Shown piece by piece: positions 35,123-45,953 of a DNA stretch of 64,000 nt (positions within the stretch are counted from its first letter, which is position 1; each line of letters starts with the position of its first letter). Below the pieces are notes generated by a model. It made no database searches. It was not told the DNA's origin and saw only the letters and a program-made list of their open reading frames with translations. The DNA is from an uncultured Hormoscilla sp. Its GTDB lineage: Bacteria; Cyanobacteriota; Cyanobacteriia; Cyanobacteriales; Desertifilaceae. The DNA lies in assembly GCA_963921275.4 (NCBI GenBank), contig OZ001293.3, positions 3,808,001 through 3,872,000 of the forward strand, in the 5' to 3' direction. The position numbers were made by a program, and so were the translations under genes.

Positions 35123-36307
35123 GTGAAGATGAAGAAACTCAAATCAGTGGCCACCTCGGAATATCTGCCTTTTTCGGTGATTAAGTATGTAGCCATAACC
35201 GAAGAAAATCTGTTATTAAACGATGCCAAAGGCGATAAAATATTTGAATCAGATTATTACATCAAAAAAAATCAGCCGAAGTCAATCTTGTGCCTGGAGA
35301 TCAGGGGTAAAGGCAAGCTAATTGGGATAATTTATCTAGAGAATAAGATGACAGATAAGGCCTTTACTGCCGATCGGGTCCAATTTTTAAAACTGCTGAC
35401 CACCCAAGCGGCGATCGCCCTAGAGAATGCCCAACTATATCAGCAACTAGAGGAATATTCCTACAGCTTAGAGGATAAAGTAGAAGAGCGCACCCGGGAA
35501 TTAAAAGTCGCCCAAAAGCAGATCGTTACCCAAGAGAAACTCGCTTCCCTCGGGGCCCTCACGGCTGGCATAGCCCATGAAATTAGGAATCCCCTCAACT
35601 TTGTCAACGGTTTTGCCGAGATTTCTGGGGATCTAGTCAAAGGAATAACAGCAGAAATAGAAAGTATATCAAAGCATATAGATCCAGATAAACTTGAGGA
35701 GCTCGAAGAGCTATTAAATGACGTGAAAGGAAATCTGACCGAGATTAAGGAACAGGGGAAAAGGGCTGATGAAATTATTAAAAGTATGCTATCCCACTCT
35801 CGGGAGTCGAGTGGCGAACGAGAATTGACTGACATCAATGCTATCTTAGCGGAGTCGGTCAACTTGGTTTATCACGGTTTTCGTGCTAAAGATAATATCT
35901 TTAACATGACCGTAGAAACAGACTATGATCAGGATCTGCCGGGGATAGAGGTAGTACGATCCGATGTGACCCGAGGGTTTCTAAATATTATCAACAATGC
36001 CTGCTATGCTGCCAACGCCAAAAAAAAAGCAGCAGATGGGGAATTTACCCCACAGCTAAAAGTGAAGACTAGCAATTTGGGCTCTGCTGTAGAAGTCCGC
36101 ATTCGAGATAACGGTACCGGGATACCACCGAAGATCCAGGAGAAAATCTTCCATCCCTTTTTTACCACCAAGCCCACAGGAGAAGGAACGGGTCTGGGCT
36201 TATCTCTGGCTCATGATATTATCGTTGGACAGCACCGAGGAGAAATATTGCTGGAAACTGAATCGGGTGTCTATACAGAATTTATCATCCGCTTTCCTCG
36301 CGATTAG
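35123..36307 (+). CDS. GAF sensor histidine kinase, probably the C-terminal remnant of a larger kinase
   Basis: Partial GAF (PKSILCL..IYLEN), H-box [32 protein letters not shown]. Confidence 0.85.
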   Translation: MKMKKLKSVATSEYLPFSVIKYVAITEENLLLNDAKGDKIFESDYYIKKNQPKSILCLEIRGKGKLIGIIYLENKMTDKAFTADRVQFLKLLTTQAAIALENAQLYQQLEEYSYSLEDKVEERTRELKVAQKQIVTQEKLASLGALTAGIAHEIRNPLNFVNGFAEISGDLVKGITAEIESISKHIDPDKLEELEELLNDVKGNLTEIKEQGKRADEIIKSMLSHSRESSGERELTDINAILAESVNLVYHGFRAKDNIFNMTVETDYDQDLPGIEVVRSDVTRGFLNIINNACYAANAKKKAADGEFTPQLKVKTSNLGSAVEVRIRDNGTGIPPKIQEKIFHPFFTTKPTGEGTGLGLSLAHDIIVGQHRGEILLETESGVYTEFIIRFPRD

Positions 36308-36524
36308 TCAGTAGTCAATGCAAGAATTTTGAATTTATAGATGGGTCCTACTACCTGGCGATCTGAAACAAGTTATAACTGTGATTAAGAGCACAAAAAA
36401 TATGCAAAAAAACTATGACATATTCACAAAAATTTTTCAAATGACTACTACTATGGAAATTGTAGTCAAGGTAAATGGGGAGATCGCTATAAATATAACC
36501 ATATCCCGCCAGGAGAAAGCAAAA

Positions 36525-36854
36525 ATGACAAGCAAAATCTTAGTTGTCGATGAAGAGTTGCTTTTGGAGCGCCTGCTGAAGCTGCGATTTAGAAAAAAGA
36601 TCCGAGATCGTCAATTAGAGTTTGTGTTTGCCCATAATGGCAGAGAAGCCTTAGAGAAATTGCTTTCGGACCGCCAGTTTGACATGGTGCTGACGGCTCT
36701 TAATATGCCGGAAATGGATGGTTTCACTTTTCTAGAGCAACTACAGGCAATAAACTCTCATCTGCCAGCAGTAGTGATGTCAGCTGATGAGGGTCTGACT
36801 AGTATGAAAACAGCGATGAACCGGGGTGCTTTTGATTTCGTGACCAACCGATAG
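36525..36854 (+). pseudogene. response regulator receiver, degenerate and truncated
   Basis: KILVVDE...DMVLTALNMPEMDG has Ala at the phospho-Asp position; a frameshift gives VTNR* where VTKP is expected. Confidence 0.7.
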
Positions 36855-37150
36855 ATTTTCACGCTCTAGAAGTGAAGATATCCAAAATTCTAGAACATGT
36901 ACGACAAATGAAAGCAACCATGACGCCTCAGCCGCTAGTGTCAGTGAACAGTTATCAGTTACCAGTTCTTTGGCATCAGTTCTAGATGTCCCACTGCGGG
37001 GCAGAGTAGTCAAAAATTAACAGCTGTACTAGTACAAAATCACCCCTGCATTTTCCCTCAAGAGGCAAATACAGCATCAAGTAGTTCCTCGATTTTTTTT
37101 AACCCTAATTGAATTTAACTCGGAACATTGCCTATCGGCCCTCATGGCTA

Positions 37151-38010
37151 GTCGCGGGAGCGTCATTAAATATATTGACAGTGGCAGGTAATTTTGTTAC
37201 TGTTACTATGGAAAGAATCTAAAATTACCTTGGATTACATAGGGCGATGGCAGTTGGGCAACTTGGGCCAAGCTGTACTCTTGTTTCCAGAATCTCGCGC
37301 TATGGCTGTGGGGGCTGCTATTACTATGGCCTCGAAGGGCGATCGCCGGCACCAATATAACTGGTCTGCCGATGGAGAGGCTCTCCGACTGCCGACTGTA
37401 CTGCCCGTTACCACCGACATGGTAGAATTGGCGGGCACGATGCCCTAGCCGAACGAGGGCCTTTGTGGTGGAGTGGCTTGTATAGGAGAATACGCCTGTG
37501 CTTGAGCAGAGATTGGTTACCATAATGGAAAAGACTTGTTTCAAGTAATCAAAAGCCAAGACGCTTCGTCAGGAATCCACGGCTCTCGGCTTGTAAACTG
37601 GACAGCGCCAGAAGCAACATACCTTTGGTGTTGCCTCGGAAATCTCGAAGATGCCAGCGCAGAGGGGAAGTCGCGGGAGCGCCATTAAAGATATTGACAG
37701 TGACAGGGAATTTTGTTACCATCGAAAGCATCTTAGCAGCACCACTCGCACCCCAAAGGGCGATCGCCAGCACCAATATAACTGGCCTGCCGATGGAGAG
37801 GCTCTCCGACTGCCGACTGTACTGCCCGTTACCACCGACATGGTAGAATTGGCGGGCACGATGCCCTAGCCGAACGAGGGCCTTTGTGGTGGAGTGGCTT
37901 GTATAGGAGAATACGCCTGTACTTGAGCAGAGATCGGTTACCATAATGGAAAAGACTTGTTTCAAGTAATCAAAAGCCAAGACGCTTCGTCAGGAATCCA
38001 CGGCTCTCGG
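37151..38010. repeat. tandem duplication, about 420-bp period, of unidentified degenerate sequence
   Basis: 37337-37590 is nearly identical to 37757-38010; 37151-37200 is similar to 37669-37719. Confidence 0.85.
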
Positions 38011-38017
38011 CAAAAGC

Positions 38018-38046
38018 TTGACAAATAAGAGTTGGTCAGATATAAA
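38018..38046 (+). promoter_or_regulatory. consensus-like sigma70 promoter, copy 1
   Basis: TTGACA-N17-TATAAA. Confidence 0.6.
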
Positions 38047-38116
38047 AGATGAGATGGGGAGGTCCAGGAGTTGAAGTCAGAAGCTAGGGTAGGAATGGTG
38101 CAATTAGTTGGAAAGA

Positions 38117-38770
38117 GTGCGATTCGTTCTAGTCTAACGTAGTCAAACACGGAACGCTAGCCTAAGAAATTAGGAACTCTGGTAATCATGGGGGTTCAAT
38201 TCCCCCTCCCCAGGTACGGGGGTCGAGGGTACTACCGGTCGGAGGTGCTACGGAGCCACATCGCCGTGGTGCCTCCCGAGGACTTAAATGTAGGATAACT
38301 GGCAGCCTAAGCCGGTGACGCCGCTAGGAACGTGAAATAATACTAGGGAACGAAGTAACCCATCGTGTGCTGTCTACCGAGACCAGTCAGATGTGAAGCG
38401 CAAGCTACGGTGGGAGGGATGGCCCAAGAAGCAAAAGCCCTAATTAATGCCTGGGATAAGCAAACAGGGGTCGGTGACAGTAGGAAATCTCGGGCTAAAG
38501 TAACCCTAATACGCCCCAATACCTAGCATGCGAAGGTGGGATAACTGGTGAAACGGACTCAGATAAATTGGTAATACTAAAGGTTATCCGGCAGCGCCAC
38601 TTACCAACCAGGAAAGGGGAGAAATTACATGAGATGAGGGACAACGGGAGTAATCCCCAGTAATCCTACCAATGACAAGGCCCTACTGCCCAGTAGCCGG
38701 GTGCGGTGAAAGTCGCAAACCCGGTTCCGCTCTTGGAGGGTTGGGGAGTGATTCCCAGCTCGACCCCGAC
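38117..38770 (+). ncRNA. ORF-less group II intron with an internal deletion of the EBS1 region
   Basis: 5' GTGCGATTCGTT; domain V AGCCGGGTGCGGTGAAAGTCGCAAACCCGGTT; ends CGACCCCGAC; lacks about 170 nt of domain I present in its relatives. Confidence 0.85.
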
Positions 38771-38822
38771 CAGGAAGTATAACTATTGCAGCGTCAAGAA
38801 AGATTAAAAAATCCCAAAAAGC

Positions 38823-38851
38823 TTGACAAATAAGAGTTGGTTAGATATAAA
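38823..38851 (+). promoter_or_regulatory. consensus-like sigma70 promoter, copy 2 (a third partial copy at 39022)
   Basis: TTGACA-N17-TATAAA, about 475 bp upstream of the NRPS start. Confidence 0.6.
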
Positions 38852-39325
38852 GAGATGGGGAGGTCTAGGACATCGAGTAGAAGCAAGAAACGGGATGGGA
38901 AAGTGCGGCTAGAAAATCGATATCAACTGAAATGAAAATCAAAACCAGGTTTCTAGACAAACGTTGAAGTTGCTCGGAAAGAAAGGATGACTGTCAAATA
39001 AAAAAGATGTTAGAAAAAAGCTTGACAAATAAGAGTTGGTCAGAGTGGAAAGCGCAGTCAGATAGATATTATGGGGGAAGATAAGTAGCAGTGTTTTGGA
39101 AAAAAATATGACAGTCGTTGCCCATAGCCACTAGCATGTCAATGCAGATACTGGGTCGATCTGGTCTGAGCATTGATATAGAGTTGATAACGATAGTAGA
39201 AACTAGGTATCTAGGTTAAATTGACCGACGATCGAGGTAATCTAAGGTGCGATTGTGGCTTAAATAGATTTTTGTGTAGGATTAGCTGTCAATTGAGTAG
39301 GTGGAAAGGTAAATAGAGATAAATC

Positions 39326-42300
39326 ATGAATCAAACAAAATCAACATCATTACCCAAAAATATGATTCTGGCTAATAAAGAAGAAATATCACTGCCTTTG
39401 ACAGAGGCCCAAAAACAACTCTGGATTTTAGCTCAACTAGATAAAGAGAGTTCAATTGCCTATAACCAATCGATAAATGTACAAATGCGCGGTCCACTGA
39501 GATTGGAGGCGATGAAGCGGGCGATAGAAAAAATTGTCGATCGGCACGAGGCTTTACGGACGAAAATTTTGCCTTCAGGCGATGGACAACAGGTTGGTCG
39601 GGCGGAGGAAATAGAGCTGCCAGTACTGGACTTTTCCAATGAAGAGAGTAGCAGGCTCCTTGAGGGAGCGCAGGATTGGTTTGAAAAGGAGAACCGAACG
39701 ATTTTTGATTTGAATGCAGGACCGCCTTGGCGCATGCAAGTCCTGAAGCTGGAAGAACAGCTTCATTGGCTGGTGTTTAGCGCTCATCATATAGGACTAG
39801 ATTTGCAATCGATGTTCTGGATTCTCCAGGAATTAGGAGTTCTGTATTCATCTGAGTGTCAGGAAAAACAGGTGACATTACAGGAACCAAAGCAATTTCA
39901 AGAATATATAAACTGGCAAGTAGGGCAAAGCCAGACTGGGGAAATGGCAGAGCATGAAGCCTACTGGTTGGATAAATTGGCAGGGGAACTCCCGGGATTA
40001 AACCTGCCGACAGACTGGAATCGCCCGGGGAATAGAGATTTTAAGATAAACAAGGAAACTGTTCGGCTAGATGATGATGTAAGTCACAAACTGGAAATCT
40101 TTAGCAGCCAAAGAGGTGGGCGGGTTGGAACGACTCTGCTGGCAGTATATATGACATTGCTGCATCGACTGACAGGACAGTCAGATATTATAGTAGGATT
40201 GCCGACTTCCGGACGGTACTTTGAAGGAAGCGAAGAAGTGGTTGGCTGCTGTGGAGATCTGTTGCCAATCAGAAGTTTGCTGGAGAGCAACCCCACATTT
40301 TCAGACTATCTCCGACAGATCGAGAAGGTATGGTTGGCAGCAGAGGCACATAAAAATTATCCCTTCGCGAGATTGTCTGAGGGACTGAATCGTCAAAATA
40401 ACTCTAGGAACTCGCCTCTGATAACAACATTGTTTAGCTGGGAAAGGCCAGTTAGCGAGCCGCAGATGTGGAAACTGGAAACAGCTTTATATCCTCAACC
40501 TCTCGATTTTAAGGATTATGACTTGTATGGTAAAATCATCGAGTCCAAAGAGAACCAGTTAGCATTGGAGGTAAGTTATAGCACGCAGTTGTTAGCAGCC
40601 TCAACGATTAAACGCTGGTTGGGACATTTTACAACTCTGCTAGAGGCAATATTAGAAAATCCCGATCGGAAGCTCTCGGAATTACCGTTGCTTACCAGGG
40701 AAGAATCCCAGCGGTTGTTAGTCGAATGGAATGACACGGAGTCGGATTATCCAGCGGATAAATGCGTTCATCAATTGTTTGAAGAACAGGTGCAGCTCCG
40801 GCCGGATGCCGTGGCAGTGGTGCTGGGAAACAAGCAACTGACTTATTCGGATTTAAATGACCGGAGCAATCAGCTGGCGCGTTACTTGGAAACTCTGGGT
40901 GTGGGACCAGAGGCGCTGGTGGGAGTTTGTGTAGAACGTTCTTTGGAAACGATCGTGGGGATGCTGGGAATTCTTAAAGCTGGGGGGGCTTATGTCCCCC
41001 TGGATCCCAGTTATCCTCAAGAACGTTTGGCATATATGTTGCATGATTCGGGGCTGAAGGTGCTTCTGACGCAGGATAAGTTTGTTAATTCATTGCCAGA
41101 ATATCATCACAAGCTGGTTTGTTTGGATGGAGATTGGGGAGTAATTGAGAAATACAGCAAGGAAAATAAAGAAACAGATGTAAAACCAAATAATCTGGCT
41201 TATGTAATATATACGTCAGGGTCTACAGGGAAACCAAAGGGTGTATTAAGTGCGCACCCGGGACTGTGCAATCTGGCATGGGCCTTCAAGAATATATTTA
41301 ATGTCGGACCAGAAGCTCGTCTTCTTCAGTTTGCTTCTTTAAGCTTTGATGCCTCAGTAGAAGAGATTTTTACGGCTGTCACATCGGGAGCGAGATTGGT
41401 TCTAGGAACAAAAGATAGTTTACTCTTAGGACATAATTTGCTACAGTTGTTGCGGGAACAGGGGGTTACTCACGCGACAATAGGACCGGCGGCTTTAGCA
41501 GTGTTGCCTCCAGAAAAATTGCCATGCTTAAATGTATTGATTGTGGCTGGAGAGGCGATATCTAGCGAGGTGGTCAGGAAATGGTCTTCGGGACGACAAT
41601 TTTTTAACGCTTACGGTCCTACTGAAGCGACTGTTTGTGCTACGGTAGCTGAGGTTGCCGATGCTAGCCAAAAGCCGCCGATCGGTCGCCCCATTCCTAA
41701 TGCTAAGGTTTACATCCTTGACGAACATCTGCAACCGGTACCGATCGGCGTGCCTGGGGAACTTCATATTGGTGGAGTTGGGTTATCTAGGGGCTATCTT
41801 AATCGTCCGGAGTTGACGGATAAAAAATTCATTCCTAACCCTTTTAGTGACGAGAAAGGATCGCGCCTCTACAAAACAGGAGACTTAGCTCGTTACCGAG
41901 AGGATGGTAATATCGAATTTATCGGCAGGATAGACTACCAAGTAAAAATTCGCGGTTACCGGATAGAACTGGGAGAAATTGAAGCATTGTTAAGCCGTAA
42001 CCCGGAAGTGCGGGAAGCGGTGGTGATTCAGAGGGAGGACCAACCGGGCGATCGGCGTCTAGTAGCTTATGTGGTCCCAGAAGATGATAACCGAGAGGTG
42101 GCGCGAGCAGATGATAATGAAACTGCTGTCGAACTCTGGCCTTCTGTGGCGGAATACTACGTATATGATGAATTGTTGTATTACGCCATGACCAACGATG
42201 AGCGCCGCAATCAGAGCTATCAAGTGGCTATTAACCAGTCGGTCAAGGATAAGGTGGTGGTCGAAATTGGCACGGGAAAAGATGCGATTTTAGCAAGGTT

Positions 42301-43687
42301 TTGTACGGAGGCGGGAGCCAAAAAAATCTATGCGATCGAGCGAGATGCCAAAACGGCTCAGCTGGCGGAAACTTGCGTTGCCGATCTGGGGTTGTCCGAG
42401 AAAATACAGGTTGTGGTTGGAGATGCAACTGAGTTAGTATTGCCGGAATTGGCAGATGTGTGCGTTTCAGAAATTGTCGGCTCGATCGGGGGTTCTGAAG
42501 GGGCAGCTGTGATTATCAATGATTCCCGGCGGTTGCTCAAACCAGGTGGGGGAATGATTCCCGAAAGAAGCGTGACGAAGATTGCTGCCGTGACTCTCCC
42601 CGATGAAATTTTGCAGCATCCCAAATTCACGAATATATCCGGGCATTATACCGATAAGATTTTCGAGCAAGTCGGATATAGCTTTGACTTGAGGGTCTGT
42701 ATTAAACGGTTCCCGAAGTCAAATGTGCTGTCAAACGTGCAAGTGTTTGAAGATTTAGACTTCACGCAACCAGTTGTTTTAGAAGAATCCCATGAAGTGG
42801 AGTTTGAGATCTTACAGTCGGGAAGGTTAGATGGCTTCCTGGTTTGGCTCAACCTGCATACGGTGAAGGGAGAGGAGATAGATATTCTGGAACACGAGCA
42901 TTGCTGGCTGCCAATTTACTTTCCCGTTTTCGAGCCGGGAATATCGGTGTCCAAAGGCGATCTCATACAGGGAATTTGCCAAAGAACCCTTTGCGACAAT
43001 CAGCTAAATCCTGATTATGCAATTAAAGGGGAATTGCTAAAAAGCGATGGAGAAGTGATAGAATTTGAACATATTTCTTATCACTACAAAAAAAGATTCA
43101 AGCAAAGTCCGTTTTATCAGCGGTTGTTTGCGGAGGGTGCGGGGACGGAAAACAATGGAGGTCAGGAGTCAAAAGCAAAATTTGTCAAAAGTATCAGAGA
43201 ATATATACGGAAGCATCTGCCTGAGTATATGGTGCCAGCGGCTTTGGTGGTAATGGCAAGTTTGCCTCTGACGCCTAATAATAAGGTAAACCGCAAGGCT
43301 CTCCCAGCTCCGGATACTACGGGGATATCTGATGCCGATTATGTCAAGCCTAATTCGGGGATGGAAAAAAATATTGCTGAGGTGTGGCAAGACGTGCTGA
43401 AGATCGAAAAAGTAGGAATTTATGACAACTTTTTTGAATTGGGCGGAAATTCTTTACTGCTAGTGAAGGTTTACAATCAATTGCTGCAAATAGATTCATT
43501 GTCACAAAAGCCGTCGATGGTAGAGTTGTTTAAGTATCCAACGATATCGACTTTGGCTAAGCAGATGAGCGGTAAAATTAAAGAGTCGGCGGCCAAGCCG
43601 GTTTATGGAGAGGCCCGTGGGGCAGCGCGGGAGGCGATGCAGCAACAACGTCAGCTCAGACAAAGACATCGTTCTAGGAAAAAATAG
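39326..43687 (+). CDS. NRPS module C-A(MT-interrupted)-T
   Basis: C HHIGLD; A YTSGSTGKPKG, YGPTE and YKTGDL; SAM methyltransferase at about 42128-43135 between the A8 and A9 motifs; T FFELGGNSL. Confidence 0.93.
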   Translation: MNQTKSTSLPKNMILANKEEISLPLTEAQKQLWILAQLDKESSIAYNQSINVQMRGPLRLEAMKRAIEKIVDRHEALRTKILPSGDGQQVGRAEEIELPVLDFSNEESSRLLEGAQDWFEKENRTIFDLNAGPPWRMQVLKLEEQLHWLVFSAHHIGLDLQSMFWILQELGVLYSSECQEKQVTLQEPKQFQEYINWQVGQSQTGEMAEHEAYWLDKLAGELPGLNLPTDWNRPGNRDFKINKETVRLDDDVSHKLEIFSSQRGGRVGTTLLAVYMTLLHRLTGQSDIIVGLPTSGRYFEGSEEVVGCCGDLLPIRSLLESNPTFSDYLRQIEKVWLAAEAHKNYPFARLSEGLNRQNNSRNSPLITTLFSWERPVSEPQMWKLETALYPQPLDFKDYDLYGKIIESKENQLALEVSYSTQLLAASTIKRWLGHFTTLLEAILENPDRKLSELPLLTREESQRLLVEWNDTESDYPADKCVHQLFEEQVQLRPDAVAVVLGNKQLTYSDLNDRSNQLARYLETLGVGPEALVGVCVERSLETIVGMLGILKAGGAYVPLDPSYPQERLAYMLHDSGLKVLLTQDKFVNSLPEYHHKLVCLDGDWGVIEKYSKENKETDVKPNNLAYVIYTSGSTGKPKGVLSAHPGLCNLAWAFKNIFNVGPEARLLQFASLSFDASVEEIFTAVTSGARLVLGTKDSLLLGHNLLQLLREQGVTHATIGPAALAVLPPEKLPCLNVLIVAGEAISSEVVRKWSSGRQFFNAYGPTEATVCATVAEVADASQKPPIGRPIPNAKVYILDEHLQPVPIGVPGELHIGGVGLSRGYLNRPELTDKKFIPNPFSDEKGSRLYKTGDLARYREDGNIEFIGRIDYQVKIRGYRIELGEIEALLSRNPEVREAVVIQREDQPGDRRLVAYVVPEDDNREVARADDNETAVELWPSVAEYYVYDELLYYAMTNDERRNQSYQVAINQSVKDKVVVEIGTGKDAILARFCTEAGAKKIYAIERDAKTAQLAETCVADLGLSEKIQVVVGDATELVLPELADVCVSEIVGSIGGSEGAAVIINDSRRLLKPGGGMIPERSVTKIAAVTLPDEILQHPKFTNISGHYTDKIFEQVGYSFDLRVCIKRFPKSNVLSNVQVFEDLDFTQPVVLEESHEVEFEILQSGRLDGFLVWLNLHTVKGEEIDILEHEHCWLPIYFPVFEPGISVSKGDLIQGICQRTLCDNQLNPDYAIKGELLKSDGEVIEFEHISYHYKKRFKQSPFYQRLFAEGAGTENNGGQESKAKFVKSIREYIRKHLPEYMVPAALVVMASLPLTPNNKVNRKALPAPDTTGISDADYVKPNSGMEKNIAEVWQDVLKIEKVGIYDNFFELGGNSLLLVKVYNQLLQIDSLSQKPSMVELFKYPTISTLAKQMSGKIKESAAKPVYGEARGAAREAMQQQRQLRQRHRSRKK

Positions 43688-43912
43688 CACAGGTAGCCGG
43701 TATTGCCAGCAAGTAAAGTGTATTGCTGGCAAGTCAGTGGTCATGTTCTGGTAGAACCGGGAAAAATTGAGTAAAAATACGGATGGACAGGTTCGCAAGA
43801 GGATGAGAAGAATAGATGATGCAAACAGAGGATGAGCGGAGAATGAATAATCAGGAAATAGCGGCGATCGCCATGTCAGGTCATTGGCCAGGGGCCAAAA
43901 ATGTAGAAGAAT
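43663..43912 (+). repeat. direct repeat of the NRPS end / PKS start (second copy about 46512-46770)
   Basis: AGACATCGTTCTAGGAAAAAATAG...GTAGAAGAATA present twice. Confidence 0.9.
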
Positions 43913-44133
43913 AATTCCCGAACCCTTTGGCAGGCAGATCCAGGGAACGAATCCCACCCAGAAACCAGGTAATTTCGGCGAAACCTGGTTTCTTAATTCT
44001 GGCATTTAGAAAATATTCTTATATCATGTCTGGGGAATTACCCTCAATTAAGAAGCGACTCTCACCTTCTAGAGGATCTCGCGTTACCGTGCGATCGGGC
44101 TAAGTTGTCACCTCTTCTCTGTCATATCAATCG

Positions 44134-44253
44134 GGGTGCATCTCACTTTCGCACGGGCGAAGCATTCCGATAGGATATCTGTTAATTTATGTCAGAGATT
44201 GTCGCCGGAATGCTTCGCCCCTACAGGTATCTTTGTAAATATGAGATGCACCC
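44134..44253. mobile_element. MITE with internal REP-like hairpin
   Basis: IRs GGGTGCATCTCA / TGAGATGCACCC; flanking TATCAAT direct repeat; internal GGGCGAAGCATTCCG...CGGAATGCTTCGCCC. Confidence 0.75.
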
Positions 44254-44639
44254 TATCAATAGACAAGGGAGTGTGGGGGAGGGGGGCGGCGCTTTCAGGG
44301 GTATGTTTTTAATATTTGGGTGAAAATGAGACTTGGTAGAGGGGGAAGACAGGTAGACTTTGAAGATTCTGATGACGAAATAATGAGCTTGCTCCCTCGA
44401 CTAGAACTTAGGGAACTGCCAAAAATAAATTATCCCAAAATTGGCGAAAATAGGCTTTTTTTTACTCGCTCTGGGGAACTGCTCCCGTGGCGCTAGTTTG
44501 GGGATTTTTTATGCGGATTTCCCTTATTAGTGCAAGAGTGGCTACCTAATTGGAAATTGCCTCGCCGCCAGAGTAATGCTTGTACTTTCTCCTTTGGGTG
44601 ATGACGGGATTTTAAGCTTTTCTGCCGCCGGAATTTATG

Positions 44640-45953
44640 ATTCTTGGCTTGACCGATCGTCAGGCTTCCGGTTGAAGTGGGCATGACTCTAAGAAAAATA
44701 AATTCCCTTTGTAAGTGTCTGATGTGCGATCCGATTTCATTATCTGTAGGCTTTGTCAGAGGCGATCGCCTCGGGAGGTGGAACTGTTGCAGTGCCATAG
44801 AGGCCGAGCTCTGGTCGGGCTCTCCGGTAGAGATTGCTTCGTACCTCGCAACGCTACGCGGTTCGAGATTGCTTCGTACCTCGCAACACGGCTGCGCCTA
44901 CGCGGTTTGAACAAGTGAACTCAAAATCCACAGATCACATCATTATAGCATTGTTGATTAACATTTGCAATATAAAAATAATTTGGCACTTGCACTTACA
45001 TGAGAGGCTGGGAACATACTCTTTTCATGTGCTGGGCATCTCAGGACTGACGGTTGAAGGCCACGGCTATCACCGGTAGAAAGCAGGACAAAAACGATTG
45101 CCCGTAAAGATTTGTTACAGCCCGACAGTGTCGCAGAAATATGGCTTATGGTAGAAGTGGAAATCACATAAAGAGAAAATAGATTAGCCTTGTAAGTATG
45201 TCAGATGTGCGATCCTATTTCAGAAGGTGTAGGCTTTGAGGTGGGAGAGGCTCACAGGAGGTGGAACTGTTGGAGAGCAATAATGGCCGCGCCATCGAAG
45301 GTTTCACCGGTAGTTGAGGGCTCGGGAACATACTCATCTCCGGCATCACAACTTGGACAAAAGAAGGCCCCCACCGGTAGATAGCTGGCCAAAAACTGCT
45401 CGACAAGGGATATGTAAAGAATCGTTACAGATTGAAAGAGTCGCAGCAAATCGGGCTTATGGTAGAAGTAGTAATGACGCCAAAAAAATCTTGCCGTTGG
45501 AAGTATGTCAGATGTGTGATCCGATAGAGCAGGCGAGGTCTGTAGTTTGAGGCATAAAGTTATGGCTAAAGGAGTGGTGAATGAACTTGCTTATGAGGGG
45601 TTGACGCCGGTGCAGTCGGCAACGCCATCGCAGGTTTCACCGGTAGTTGAGGGCTCGGGAACATACTCATCTCCGGCATCACAACTGAGGATGGACAAAA
45701 GAAGGCCCCCACCGGGAGATAGCTGGCCAAAAACTGCTCGACAAGGGATATGTAAAGAATCGTTACAGATTGAAAGAGTCGCAGCAAATCGGGCTTATGG
45801 TAGAAGTGGTAATGACGCAAAAAAAATATCTTACCGTTGGAAGTATGTCAGATAGGATAGAGCAGGCGAGGTCTGTAGTTTGAGGCATAAAGTTATGGCT
45901 AAAGGAGTGGTGAATGAACTTGTTTATGAGGGGTTGACGCCGGTGCAGTCGGC
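44640..45953. repeat. about four diverged copies of a ~310-330-bp unit
   Basis: 45290-45620 vs 45623-45953 near identical. Older copies share GGGAACATACTC, GGCTTATGGTAGAAGT and/or (GTCA/TCT)GATGTGCGATCC. Confidence 0.8.

Noticed and set aside
37337..38010. DGR template/variable repeat pair (also considered for 43663/46512 and 45290/45623)
   Set aside because: Differences are not adenine-specific, include indels in some pairs, and there is no DGR-type RT or target gene.
38190..38212. tRNA from the GGTTCAATTCC T-loop-like motif (also near 16525 and 29385)
   Set aside because: It lies inside intron domain I and has no cloverleaf.
44720..45215. GTGCGATCC as group II intron 5' ends
   Set aside because: No domain V/VI downstream and no similarity to the four real introns.
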